Source: an uncultured virus (IMG/VR IMGVR_UViG_3300030333_001670) (Duplodnaviria; Heunggongvirae; Uroviricota; Caudoviricetes). Taken from it: 64,000 nt of DNA. Positions within the stretch are counted from its first letter, which is position 1; each line of letters starts with the position of its first letter. A model generated the notes under the pieces. The model was given only the letters and a program-made list of their open reading frames with translations, made no database searches and was not told the origin of the DNA. Of this stretch, positions 22,101 to 30,936 are shown in pieces. The position numbers and the translations under genes are program-made. The stretch lies in IMG/VR virus record IMGVR_UViG_3300030333_001670, one strand, 5' to 3'.

Positions 22101-25100
22101 TAACGTTAACATCAATGGTGATGGTAAGATGTTTACCATCGAAAATAATGCTGGAGCAGATAAGTTTACTGTCGATTCAGATAATGGTAATACAGTAATA
22201 GCTGGTACATTAGATGTAACAAGTGCTGTAGGAATTGATGGAAACTTTGATATTGGCACAAACAAGTTTACTATTGCTGCTGCAACTGGTAATACCGTTA
22301 TTGACGGCACACTTACCGTAGATGAAGCAGTTACAATCACATCAGGTGTATTAATTAACGATGCTAATAAAACTCTTACGGTCCAAAACGGTTCTGCTGT
22401 TACTAAGTTTGAAGTTGATACTGACAACGGTAACACTAACATTATTGGTACATTAACCGTTGGTGATGCGACACAGATTAACGATACATTTGGCACATCA
22501 GGTGTCAACACACATACTAATAACACAGAGCAAACTCTAACAGGATCATATGCTGCTGATGGTGCTGCAAGATTCTCTGGTGGTATAGGACTAGCTAAAA
22601 ACCTAGCAGTTGGTGGCGGGGCACGAGTCTACGGCAATACAGAGTTGACAGGTACTTTAGACCTTAACAACAGTGCAGATATATCAGGTAATTTAGTAGT
22701 AAGTAATACAGACGAAGCAACATCTCTAGCAGATGGATCAGTTGCATTGCAAGTTGCTGGTGGTGCAACAATCGATAAGAACACCTACGTTGGTGGAGAC
22801 TTTATCGTATATGATTCTGCTAACACACGCAACGCATTTATGGTAGATGTAAGCACAGGAGATGCTACTCTACACAACGACATGACGGTTGGAGGTAACC
22901 TAATTGTAAATGGCACAACCACTACTGTCAACAGCACGGTCACTACTCTCGACGACCCTGTTATTACTTTGGGTGGTGACACAGCACCGTCGTCTGACGA
23001 CGCTAAGGATCGTGGTGTTGAATTCCGTTATTACGACGGCTCAGCGAAAATTGGTTTCTTCGGATTCGATAGATCCTCCCAACAGTTCACATTCCTAACA
23101 ACAGTTACAAATACTGCTGAGGTAATGGCAGGCACCGATGGTGCTTTAAGAGTTGGGTCTATTAATGTAACTGGTGCTGGTACATCAGTTGACATTGATA
23201 ACAATGCAAATATAGATGGCACACTAACTGTAGATGGTCAAATCATCTCACAGGTTTCATCTGGTCCTGCACTTGTTATTCCAACAACAGATAAGATTAA
23301 CAATCTAAACGCAGACTTGTTAGATGGCATGACAACTGCTACTGCAAATACTGCATCTACAGTTGTTAATCGTGATGCATCTGGTAACTTCGCAGCAGGT
23401 ACAATTACTGCTGCCTTAACTGGTAATGCATCTACAGCAACAACTTTACAGACAGCACGAAATATTGCTGTTGCTGGAGCTGTTTCTGGTACCGTTGCAT
23501 TCAACGGTAGTGCAGACGTAAGCATTACTACAACATTCGTTGATGCTGATATTACTGCTTTAGCAGGAATGTCTGGCACAGGATACGTTGTAAGGACTGC
23601 TGCAAATACATATGCACAACGCACATTAGCTGTTACAGCTAACTCTGGTGTTACTCTTACAAATGCTGATGGTGTTTCAGGTAACACAACAATTAACGTT
23701 GCTTCAACAGCATCCAACTCTGCGAATAACTTAGTCCTAAGAGACGGATCAGGCAACTTTGCTGCTGGCACTATTACTGCAACCTTAACAGGTAATGTAA
23801 CTGGTGACCTAACTGGTAATGCTGATACAGCAACGCAGGTCAAGACTATCCAAGGATCTGGCAATGCATCATACTATCCAACTTTTGTCAACAGTGACAA
23901 CGGTTCAGCTACTGCTGAGACTGTATATACTGACGCTGGTATCACTTACAATCCTTCTACTAACACTCTTTCGGCAACAAACATCGTCGGAACGTTAACA
24001 GGAGATGTAACTGGTGACCTTACTGGAAACGCTGACACTGCTACGACTTTAGAAACAGCAAGAAATATTGGTGGTGTATCCTTCAATGGCTCTGCTGACA
24101 TTAATCTACCAGGCGTTAACGCTGCTGGTAACCAAGATACTTCTGGTACTGCTGCTATAGCAACAACCGTTACACTTGCTGATGAATCTACAGATACATC
24201 ATGTAACGTCCTATTCGCAACAGGTGCCACTGGTAACCTAGCACCTAAGACTGGTACAAACCTAACCTTTAACTCTGCGACTGGAATTCTGACTGCAACA
24301 GGATTCGCTGGTCCTATCACTGGTAACGTGACTGGTGATGCAACAGGTAATGCTGGAACTGCAACTAAACTTGCAACTGCTCGCACGATTGGTGGAGTAT
24401 CCTTTGATGGGTCTGCCAATATCAACCTACCAGGCGTTAATGCTGCTGGTAGTCAAGACACAAGTGGAAACGCAGCAACTGCAACTGCTCTAGCAACAGC
24501 AAGGACAATCGGTGGCACATCATTCGATGGTAGTGCTAACATTACTCCTGCAACTGCTACTCAGGCAGCAAACCTAACCAACCACAATACTGGTGGTCTT
24601 GCAGAAGGAACTAACCTCTACTATACAGAGGCAAGAGTCCAAGCAAAACTCGACAATGCTTATGAGCAATTAAGAGCAATGTTGAATAACCTTGCGACCT
24701 CAACAACATTAACATTAAATCTCTCTGGAGACCCAACACCTGGATCCGTTGTAACTCTCGGATCCATTTCCAACGATGGTGTTGGTGGATTCTCTAATGG
24801 CACTGGAGTTGCTACCACTGGAGGCACAGGTAGTGGACTAACAGTTGATACTACTACAGTAGGTGGAGTGATTACTGCAATCGCTCTGAATGCTGCTGGT
24901 AGTGGATATCTAATTGGAGATACACTTTCAATCGCTAACCCTAATGCTGGTGGTGTTAAGACCTTTAACAACGCAACATTAACTGCTGGCACAGGATACG
25001 CTTCAGGTACTAACATTTCTGCAACAGGAGGTGATGGATCAAGTCTAACAGTCGATATTACAGCATCTAGTGGTGGTATTACTGGAGTCACAGTTAACAC

Positions 25101-25632
25101 TGCTGGCTCAGGATATGCTGCTGGAAACACAATAACTATTGCTAATGCTAACGCATCTGGTGTTAAGACACTTGGAAGCATCAGTGCTGGTGGTAGTGGA
25201 TACTCTAATGCAACTGGAGTTGCTACATCTTCTAGTGGATCTGGTACAGGATTGACAGTTGATATTACAACTTCTGCTGGTGCAGTAACGGGTGTCACAA
25301 TTAATAATGATGGATCTGGTTACGCTGCATCTGAAGTCATCACTATCTCAGGTGGTGGTGGAAATGCTACTATCCCAGTTTCTGCAATTCATGGAAACGG
25401 TGCAACGATTGATATTGCTACCGTATTTGTTAATGCAACATTCGCACTTTCAGATATCACAACGATGGAAGTTGGTGCAACAGTAACAGGGGGAACCTCT
25501 GGTACAACTGCTGTTATTACCGCACTTGGTACTAACGCAATTACCGTTGATAATGTAGATGGATTCTTCAAGAAAGGAGAGACCGTTGGTGCTAATGATG
25601 TAACTAACTTGACTATTTCCTCATTCGCTTAA
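19174..25632 (+). CDS. Long tail-fibre-like protein with internal repeats
   Basis: Mtd_N/hyaluronidase-like N-terminus 'RIQLRRG...W..ANPTLAQGELGIELDTGRFKIGDG'. Repeats 'RD.SGNFAAGTIT', 'ARTIGGVSFDGSANI' and 'DKFT.D.DNGNT'. Confidence 0.8.
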   Translation: MANRIQLRRGGAQEWANANPTLAQGELGIELDTGRFKIGDGVTAWNSLRYERPVESTSNTANTLVQRDADGNFAAGTITSTLIGNSSTASRLASTRQFQLADDVSATGVFDGSANLTLNTSLSLISTLPHYDGTATPTGTYTKVVVDAKGRITNASNPTTLAAYGLDGTVEGSSAQPYDNDLIAVAGLTTTGLISRTSAGTMATRTITGTAQRIQISDGGGISANPTIDLITTAVTAAEYNAASLTSAGGSQTVNATNYTVDAYGRLTASATLPIATAVEGTTAAAYNAATTYSRDDKITNASKLYQAIAGISAGAGAPTHSDTSDAGSWRYLGAVTTQQKGLASFAQEDFDVSAAGHVSISAAGVDNTQLQNNKISFSDSNTKEDFSLDSEKTAATANKGFNYLNYVKVNNTSGALLFGANNTGDGGAGEIDVNVRSYFSDPDVTFDGGASQTIDKTGDGNFTIQSTQNSSNARTFNLGVTNSGAGSSTLNITAEDLVDIKATEGTNGKVHVEGTKFQADYIGSTGATLHLDPGDDRAVSGTCRIHGDLQVDGTTTTVNSTTMQVDDVILTLGGDTAPTSDDNKDRGVEFRYYDSQARIGFFGYDDSASDLGGHTGAFSFLYNATNTSEVFSGTDAGIIAGNLKLTTNTNSTSNTTGDLVVAGGAGIGQAVNIGGLLDVDGTFRANSTSRFDDNIVFQGASKTFELKNGSGTTKTTFHTTTGNAEIGGVLTNTGNIDANANLNVASLVYFESTDEPNVALNNSTNLYEIQSSDYGALRCDGGGYFAKDVLFNNDIYLNGNFNQRDSGTESWGLRNWLQVRYKFRVGSSVAYNPTYATHNTSNLRVYGGGGIAQNLHIGATGSGEGLFVGKKNSGDTVKFSVLGATGNTEIQGTLDVTNGVDFDSTLNVDGGATFQDNVTINADNKFFKVQNNSSADKFTIDTDNGNTVVAGDLTVNGAGDFDTTLNVDGNATFQSNVNINGDGKMFTIENNAGADKFTVDSDNGNTVIAGTLDVTSAVGIDGNFDIGTNKFTIAAATGNTVIDGTLTVDEAVTITSGVLINDANKTLTVQNGSAVTKFEVDTDNGNTNIIGTLTVGDATQINDTFGTSGVNTHTNNTEQTLTGSYAADGAARFSGGIGLAKNLAVGGGARVYGNTELTGTLDLNNSADISGNLVVSNTDEATSLADGSVALQVAGGATIDKNTYVGGDFIVYDSANTRNAFMVDVSTGDATLHNDMTVGGNLIVNGTTTTVNSTVTTLDDPVITLGGDTAPSSDDAKDRGVEFRYYDGSAKIGFFGFDRSSQQFTFLTTVTNTAEVMAGTDGALRVGSINVTGAGTSVDIDNNANIDGTLTVDGQIISQVSSGPALVIPTTDKINNLNADLLDGMTTATANTASTVVNRDASGNFAAGTITAALTGNASTATTLQTARNIAVAGAVSGTVAFNGSADVSITTTFVDADITALAGMSGTGYVVRTAANTYAQRTLAVTANSGVTLTNADGVSGNTTINVASTASNSANNLVLRDGSGNFAAGTITATLTGNVTGDLTGNADTATQVKTIQGSGNASYYPTFVNSDNGSATAETVYTDAGITYNPSTNTLSATNIVGTLTGDVTGDLTGNADTATTLETARNIGGVSFNGSADINLPGVNAAGNQDTSGTAAIATTVTLADESTDTSCNVLFATGATGNLAPKTGTNLTFNSATGILTATGFAGPITGNVTGDATGNAGTATKLATARTIGGVSFDGSANINLPGVNAAGSQDTSGNAATATALATARTIGGTSFDGSANITPATATQAANLTNHNTGGLAEGTNLYYTEARVQAKLDNAYEQLRAMLNNLATSTTLTLNLSGDPTPGSVVTLGSISNDGVGGFSNGTGVATTGGTGSGLTVDTTTVGGVITAIALNAAGSGYLIGDTLSIANPNAGGVKTFNNATLTAGTGYASGTNISATGGDGSSLTVDITASSGGITGVTVNTAGSGYAAGNTITIANANASGVKTLGSISAGGSGYSNATGVATSSSGSGTGLTVDITTSAGAVTGVTINNDGSGYAASEVITISGGGGNATIPVSAIHGNGATIDIATVFVNATFALSDITTMEVGATVTGGTSGTTAVITALGTNAITVDNVDGFFKKGETVGANDVTNLTISSFA

Positions 25633-25637
25633 AATAA

Positions 25638-26444
25638 ATGTCAGCTACAAGACCAGCCACTAAAGCAGAATTAAAGTTGTATGCACTTCGCAGACTAGGT
25701 TATCCTGCGATTGATATTAATGTTTGTGATGAACAACTGGATGACTTAATCGAAGAAGGAATTGATTACTATCAAGAGTATCATTACAATGGAAGTTATG
25801 ATGCTTTCATGAGAGTAGAAGTTACTGATGCAATTAAGACTGCTGCACAAGAGTGGGATCAAGAAGGGTCTACCACATGGTATGGCCAAAAGAATTACAT
25901 ATCAACTCCACCAGGAGTTTTAGGTATTAATCAAGTATTCACAGGTATAGGAGCATCTAGTGTTGTACCTGGAAATATTTTTAATATCAAATACCAGATT
26001 TTCTTGAATGATATCTATGCCATGACTCATGGTCAGATATTACATTACTTTATGACATCCCAGTATCTTGAAACATTAGACTGGATTACTAACTCTCAAG
26101 CAAATAGAAGAGTTAGATGGAATGAGCATAGCAATAGATTATATCTTGACTTCGATTGGGGTGACTTACAAGCAGGTGATTATATAATGGTCGATATGAA
26201 GATGCGTCAAGACCCTACAACCTTTACAGATATGTTTAATGATAACTGGTTGAAGGATTATATTGAAGCATTATTCCAACAACAGTGGGGAAGGAACCTA
26301 AGTAAATATGACGGTATTCAAATGTTGGGTGGTGTGACACTCAATGGTCGTCAAATACTCGAAGATGCTTCTACATTTAAAACAGATTTAGAAACACAAC
26401 TTCGTGATCGTTATGAAATACCACCAATGGATTTAGTAGGCTAA
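25638..26444 (+). CDS. g13: Neck protein gp13
   Basis: 'LRRLGYPAIDINV..EQLDD.IEE', 'WLKDY..AL...QWG.NLSKY.G.Q..GGVTLNG'. Confidence 0.93.
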   Translation: MSATRPATKAELKLYALRRLGYPAIDINVCDEQLDDLIEEGIDYYQEYHYNGSYDAFMRVEVTDAIKTAAQEWDQEGSTTWYGQKNYISTPPGVLGINQVFTGIGASSVVPGNIFNIKYQIFLNDIYAMTHGQILHYFMTSQYLETLDWITNSQANRRVRWNEHSNRLYLDFDWGDLQAGDYIMVDMKMRQDPTTFTDMFNDNWLKDYIEALFQQQWGRNLSKYDGIQMLGGVTLNGRQILEDASTFKTDLETQLRDRYEIPPMDLVG

Positions 26445-26445
26445 T

Positions 26446-27372
26446 ATGGCATACAGTAATTCTCCAGCAAACCCTTGTGTCCAGTCCGATTATACCAGTG
26501 CATGTCGGGTTAATATCAACGGATCATCACAAGAGCAAGGATTTATAGAAAATCTTATAGTTGAGACTATTGAAATTTATGGCCAAAACGTGTATTATTT
26601 ACCTAGGACTTATATTAACAGGGACACTATACTAGATGAAGTTGATAACAGCACTTTTTCGACCAACTACCCAATCCGAGCATATGTCAATAATGTCGAA
26701 GGATGGGAGGGCCAAGGAGAACTTCTTAGCAAATTTGGCGTACGAGTCGAAGATAAGACGACGTTTATCTTATCCCGTAAAAAGTTTAAAGAAAAAGTGG
26801 ACGACAATGTTACACTTAATGTCGAGGGACGACCAAATGAGGGGGATTTAATTTACTTCCCCGTAACAAAGCATTTGTTTGAGATACAGTTTGTAGAAGT
26901 AGAGAAACCTTTCTACCAACTAGGAAAAGGATATGTTTGGGAATGTCAGTGTGAGCTCTTCCAGTATGCTGATGAGCAAATTGATACTGGAATCGCTGAG
27001 ATTGATGCTATCGAGACTGCGTTTGCTAATGCAATTACTGTTGGTCTCGTAGCAGGTGGTAGTGGCGACTTCACCGTTGGTGAGACTGTCACTGGAGGAA
27101 CAAGTAATGTTACTGCTGAGGTTAAGTCTTGGGATAATGCTACACGCACTCTTATTGTTATCAATCGCTCTGGGACTTTCCAGATTCCAGAAACTATTAC
27201 AGGTGGGACATCAAGTGCCTCCTGGACAACAGCATCTTACAACACGATAAATAATACCAACTCAGAATATGACCAAAACGCTGATTACGAAATAGGAGAT
27301 AATGATATCATTGACTTCTCTGAGACAAATCCATTTGGTTCTGTTGGATCACTTACTGACACTACAATCTAA
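26446..27372 (+). CDS. g14: Neck protein gp14
   Basis: 'YGQNVYYLPR', 'LLSKFG', 'RPNEGDLIYFP', 'PFYQLGK', 'DFSE.NPFG'. Confidence 0.93.
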   Translation: MAYSNSPANPCVQSDYTSACRVNINGSSQEQGFIENLIVETIEIYGQNVYYLPRTYINRDTILDEVDNSTFSTNYPIRAYVNNVEGWEGQGELLSKFGVRVEDKTTFILSRKKFKEKVDDNVTLNVEGRPNEGDLIYFPVTKHLFEIQFVEVEKPFYQLGKGYVWECQCELFQYADEQIDTGIAEIDAIETAFANAITVGLVAGGSGDFTVGETVTGGTSNVTAEVKSWDNATRTLIVINRSGTFQIPETITGGTSSASWTTASYNTINNTNSEYDQNADYEIGDNDIIDFSETNPFGSVGSLTDTTI

Positions 27373-28403
27373 TGTTAGGCACATATAGTTATCACGAAAT
27401 TTTTAGGAAGACTGTCGTTGCCTTTGGTACGATGTTTAATAACATCGAATTGAGGAGAGCAAACGAGGTCATGAAAGTGCCTTTGGCATATGGTCCTAAG
27501 CAGAAATTCTTGGCAAGGTTGGATCAGATGCCTGACCCTACCAATAAAAGAGTGCAGATTACTCTTCCTAGAATCTCATTTGAAATGAATGGGATTACCT
27601 ATGATTCATCAAGGAAGGTATCACCTACTCAAAAGATTAAAATTGCTAGTACGACAACCAAGAATAAGAATGCATTTATGCCAGTACCCTACAATGTAGG
27701 ATTTGAATTGGCAATCATTGCAAAGAATCAGGAAGATGGTTTGCAGATTATAGAGCAGATACTACCATACTTCCAACCACATTATAATCTTTCTATCAAA
27801 CTCTTGACTACTGTAAATGAAGTTAAGGATGTTCCAGTAACACTAAACAGTGTAGACTATGAGGATGATTACGAAGGAGAATTTACTCAACGTAGAGCAA
27901 TCATTTGGACTCTACAGTTTACAGCAAAGACTTACCTATACGGTCCTGTTACAGACAGCAAAGTTATCAAGAAGGCTATCACAGATTACTATACTTCTAC
28001 AAGCACTACAGCAGCACCAAGACAAGTACGTTATCAGGCAACTCCAGTTGCTTTGACCAACGTTACTGGTGCAGCAGTTACTACACTTACCAATGCTATG
28101 GATATCAACGACGGTATTATTACAGTCGGAGATGTATCCAGTCTTGCAGAGAATACCAACATTCAAATTGACACTGAGGTAATGCGTATCGATAGGATTG
28201 TCGGTAGCACCTTACATGTTAAACGTGGATGGAATGGTAGTACTATTGCAGGTCACGTTGCTGGATCAGGAATACTTGAAATCGATGAGGCAGATCATGC
28301 AACCATCGAAGCTGATGACGATTTCGGATTCGGCGAATTGTATTCTGACTTCACTGACATGAAGAAACGTAATCCTTTAAGTGGTGCAGATGAGGCAATT
28401 TAA
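27372..28403 (+). CDS. g15: Tail sheath stabilizer/completion protein gp15
   Basis: 'FGTMFNNI', 'VPLAYGPKQKF', 'LPRISFE', 'QIIEQILPYFQP', 'WTLQFTAKTYLYGP'. Confidence 0.93.
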   Translation: MLGTYSYHEIFRKTVVAFGTMFNNIELRRANEVMKVPLAYGPKQKFLARLDQMPDPTNKRVQITLPRISFEMNGITYDSSRKVSPTQKIKIASTTTKNKNAFMPVPYNVGFELAIIAKNQEDGLQIIEQILPYFQPHYNLSIKLLTTVNEVKDVPVTLNSVDYEDDYEGEFTQRRAIIWTLQFTAKTYLYGPVTDSKVIKKAITDYYTSTSTTAAPRQVRYQATPVALTNVTGAAVTTLTNAMDINDGIITVGDVSSLAENTNIQIDTEVMRIDRIVGSTLHVKRGWNGSTIAGHVAGSGILEIDEADHATIEADDDFGFGELYSDFTDMKKRNPLSGADEAI

Positions 28404-28405
28404 TT

Positions 28406-28831
28406 ATGGCAACTTTCGATGGACTAGACAAAGTATTTGGAGCAGAACCTTCTGAATTACAGAAGCATGTAGAAGCAGTCAAGCCATCACTCAAGAAGAG
28501 TGAGACGCAAGACATTAAGCAAGACTATGAAATGAGTCGTGCTAATCTACATAACTTAGTAATGAAAGGACAGGAGGCAGTAGATGGCATACTTGATGTG
28601 GCACGAGCGTCTGATCATCCTCGTGCTTATGAAGTTGCTGGTCAACTCATCAAACACGTGGCAGATACGACAGACAAGTTGATTGACTTGCAAGGTAAGA
28701 TGAAAGAATTGGATAAAGAAGATAAGAAAGGACCATCAACAATTAATAATACTATGTTTGTAGGAAGCACTGCTGACCTACAAAAGATGTTGAAGAAGCA
28801 AAAAGAGATAAATAATATCGAATCTACATAG
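28406..28831 (+). CDS. g16: Small terminase subunit gp16
   Basis: 'DYE.SR.NL', 'HPRAYEVAGQLIK', 'NNTMFVGSTADLQKML'. Confidence 0.93.
   Translation: MATFDGLDKVFGAEPSELQKHVEAVKPSLKKSETQDIKQDYEMSRANLHNLVMKGQEAVDGILDVARASDHPRAYEVAGQLIKHVADTTDKLIDLQGKMKELDKEDKKGPSTINNTMFVGSTADLQKMLKKQKEINNIEST
28807..28814 (+). promoter_or_regulatory. Late promoter (GATAAATA)
   Basis: ATAAATA box in the 3' end of g16, about 25 nt before the next ATG. Confidence 0.5.
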
Positions 28832-28838
28832 ACCCGAC

Positions 28839-29375
28839 ATGACAGTCCTTAACGTATTAAGCACAAATTCTATAAGTGCATCTCAATCTGAGTATCAAGT
28901 GGTACAAACTGGTTTCTATCGTGTAAGTGCTACAGCAGCATCTACAGTACAATTTGGAGCAGGACCAGTAATCCAAGTTTTTGCAAACTCCCCAGTACTT
29001 TTAAAGGGTAATGCTAAGCCTGGACAAGCAAGGATACAAAAAGCAGTTGATGATTCAACAGCAGATTATCAGTTAGGAACTAATCTTGGAGAAAGGTCTG
29101 CAACACATCCTTTTTCAACAGGAGATTATATCGCTGTGGTGGATGACAGCACTTCTCCTGCTATTGACAGTAATTTCTTATCAGCAGTAACTGCTGGTAA
29201 AAAGGTAACAGCAGCAACAGATACTACAATAAGTACAGATATTGACTCTTCATCAGCTAGTGCTGACTACACCTATGCTTACTCTGGTAACCAAGCAATA
29301 GTACAGAGAGCAGTTAAAATAACTGCTGGTGGTCAAGCAATTATAGTTGAAGAGGTACAAGTAGTTGGAGGTTGA
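28839..29375 (+). CDS. Hypothetical protein, probably virion-associated
   Basis: 178 aa, Ser/Thr/Ala-rich and beta-like; preceded by a late promoter box. Confidence 0.7.
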   Translation: MTVLNVLSTNSISASQSEYQVVQTGFYRVSATAASTVQFGAGPVIQVFANSPVLLKGNAKPGQARIQKAVDDSTADYQLGTNLGERSATHPFSTGDYIAVVDDSTSPAIDSNFLSAVTAGKKVTAATDTTISTDIDSSSASADYTYAYSGNQAIVQRAVKITAGGQAIIVEEVQVVGG

Positions 29376-29376
29376 T

Positions 29377-29619
29377 ATGCCTCTTGTAAATCAGAAAGCT
29401 GAAAAAATAGTCAAAGGAATGAAACGTCGTTCCTCTGACTTTAAAAGACTTTATGGTAAACGTGACAAGGAAGTGATGTATGCTACGGCTAATAAGTTAG
29501 CCCAAAAGGAAATGGTCAAGCCACCGTTGACTTACAAGCAATTCATCGAAAACTATGGAACGGAAGGAAAGTCCAAAAGAAAAGGCAGAAAGACTGGCTG
29601 CAACTCAGAGACTACTTGA
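29377..29619 (+). CDS. Basic hypothetical protein
   Basis: ATG at 29377 with GGAGG upstream; 'IVKGMK....DFKRLYGKRDKEVMYATANKLA' motif. Confidence 0.7.
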   Translation: MPLVNQKAEKIVKGMKRRSSDFKRLYGKRDKEVMYATANKLAQKEMVKPPLTYKQFIENYGTEGKSKRKGRKTGCNSETT

Positions 29620-29689
29620 TCAGGTAGACTTCAAAAAGAAATGTAAGGAGATACGAACAGCGTCTTCAAACCGAAACGACATTGAGTAA
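29555..29689 (+). CDS. Possible 44-aa hypothetical protein (not in ORF track)
   Basis: MERKESPKEKAERLAATQRLLDQVDFKKKCKEIRTASSNRNDIE; fills the gap before the next late promoter. Confidence 0.4.
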   Translation: MERKESPKEKAERLAATQRLLDQVDFKKKCKEIRTASSNRNDIE

Positions 29690-29696
29690 TATTACT

Positions 29697-29704
29697 TATA
29701 AATA
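29697..29704 (+). promoter_or_regulatory. Late promoter (TATAAATA)
   Basis: Perfect gp55 consensus upstream of the micro-ORF/petE pair. Confidence 0.75.
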
Positions 29705-29737
29705 AAAGTGTATTAAGCGAGCCCACGGCTATAAATC

Positions 29738-29899
29738 GTGTCTCATTACACTGTAGGGTATCATACCCTCGACCAACAACATTTAGAAATCTGCGAGTAT
29801 GCCCAAGATGCATACGAAGCAATGCAACACAGCAAAGAGGATGTCCCATATCTAAGGGAGCATCCTCATTTTTTTGATTACATCCTAAAGGAGGAATAA
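29738..29899 (+). CDS. 53-aa His-rich small protein (GTG start; not in ORF track)
   Basis: (M)SHYTVGYHTLDQQHLEICEYAQDAYEAMQHSKEDVPYLREHPHFFDYILKEE. Stop codon is 3 nt before the petE ATG, and the petE RBS (AGGAGG) lies in its last codons. Confidence 0.7.
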   Translation: MSHYTVGYHTLDQQHLEICEYAQDAYEAMQHSKEDVPYLREHPHFFDYILKEE

Positions 29900-29902
29900 A
29901 TT

Positions 29903-30265
29903 ATGAAACACCAAATAATGTGGTGGATGAGTAGAATCACTATCATGCTAACATCTTTAGCATTATCAATGACGTTGGCAGCAAAAGCATATGCTGCTGA
30001 TACTATACAAATGGGTTCTGGGGGAAATTTAATTTTTGAACCAAATGAATTAACAGTTAGTGTTGGAGATACAGTTACATTTGTGAATGGTGAGTTACCT
30101 CCTCACAATGTAGTATTTGCAGGACATGATGAGTTATCTCATCCCGACTTAGCATTTATGAGTGGAGAGCAATTTCCAGTTACTTTTACAGAAGCAGGAG
30201 ATTTTGAGTTTCAATGTGATCCACATGCTGGTGCTGGAATGAAGGGGGTGATTCACGTTGAGTGA
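29903..30265 (+). CDS. petE: Plastocyanin (auxiliary metabolic gene)
   Basis: Signal peptide ending AKAYA; 'LIFEP', 'PHNVVF', 'FQCDPHAGAGMKG' type-1 copper ligands. Confidence 0.95.
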   Translation: MKHQIMWWMSRITIMLTSLALSMTLAAKAYAADTIQMGSGGNLIFEPNELTVSVGDTVTFVNGELPPHNVVFAGHDELSHPDLAFMSGEQFPVTFTEAGDFEFQCDPHAGAGMKGVIHVE

Positions 30266-30434
30266 AGTAGTCTGGTCAATAAATATAATGTGTGCTATAC
30301 TGTTAGTAGCAGTCGGCTACACTATATTTTGGATCTTTAAATACGATGATTGGTATCCTAACCCCCATATTGATGACTCCCACACCAGGAGAGTGGATTC
30401 AGAGGATGAGGGATTGGCACTCGGAGCAGAATAG
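30258..30434 (+). CDS. 58-aa single-pass membrane protein (TTG start; not in ORF track)
   Basis: MSEVVWSINIMCAILLVAVGYTIFWIFKYDDWYPNP...; overlaps the petE stop; one hydrophobic helix. Confidence 0.55.
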   Translation: MSEVVWSINIMCAILLVAVGYTIFWIFKYDDWYPNPHIDDSHTRRVDSEDEGLALGAE

Positions 30435-30564
30435 AACCCCTGTTGAGGAATCTATAAATACTTCAATACTAGAATTGGAGATGGAAGAACATGGGTGCGA
30501 TGACTCCACCGAGCAGGAAGAGCTGTTACAACTTCAGGGTGACGGAGATAAACAAGGTACTTGA
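30346..30564 (+). CDS. Possible hypothetical protein
   Basis: ORF overlaps both neighbours substantially; uncertain. Confidence 0.35.
   Translation: MIGILTPILMTPTPGEWIQRMRDWHSEQNRTPVEESINTSILELEMEEHGCDDSTEQEELLQLQGDGDKQGT
30453..30460 (+). promoter_or_regulatory. Late promoter (TATAAATA)
   Basis: Perfect consensus about 30 nt upstream of the nuclease ATG. Confidence 0.65.
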
Positions 30565-30934
30565 TGGTGACACTATTGACGTTACTATTGATCTCGGGTT
30601 TGATCTATACAAGAAAGAAAGAGTTAGAATTGCAGGAGTTGATACGCCAGAGAAAAGAACAAGAGACTTGGAAGNNNNNNNNNNGCTCAAAGAAAAATTG
30701 GAAAGCACTCTGGCTGGCGATGATGAGCTCACTATTCGCACTGAGCTTCATGGTGGTGTCGGCAAGTACGGTCGGCTTCTGGGTTGGCTTTACGTTGGGG
30801 AGGAATCAATCTCACTCAATGAGCAAATGATTGATGAAGGTTATGCTTGGCCTTACGATGGTGGAACTAAGCAAAAAAACTTCGAGGATTTACGAGAGAT
30901 TCGTAGATCCTTTGGGACACTTAATGAGGGTTAA
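30491..30934 (+). CDS. Staphylococcal-nuclease (thermonuclease)-like endonuclease; contains an assembly gap
   Basis: 'KVLDGDTIDV', 'RVRIAGVDTPE', 'GKYGRLLGWLY', 'LNEQMIDEGYA'. N-run at 30675-30684. Confidence 0.85.
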   Translation: MGAMTPPSRKSCYNFRVTEINKVLDGDTIDVTIDLGFDLYKKERVRIAGVDTPEKRTRDLEXXXXLKEKLESTLAGDDELTIRTELHGGVGKYGRLLGWLYVGEESISLNEQMIDEGYAWPYDGGTKQKNFEDLREIRRSFGTLNEG

Positions 30935-30936
30935 TT

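Noticed and set aside
23340..24560. Repeats in the fibre gene as a CRISPR-like array
   Set aside because: They are in-frame, synonymously diverged protein repeats with no constant repeat-spacer period and no cas genes.
30675..30684. N run in the nuclease gene as a possible intron or frameshift
   Set aside because: It is an assembly gap. The protein motifs continue on both sides; the true gap length is unknown.
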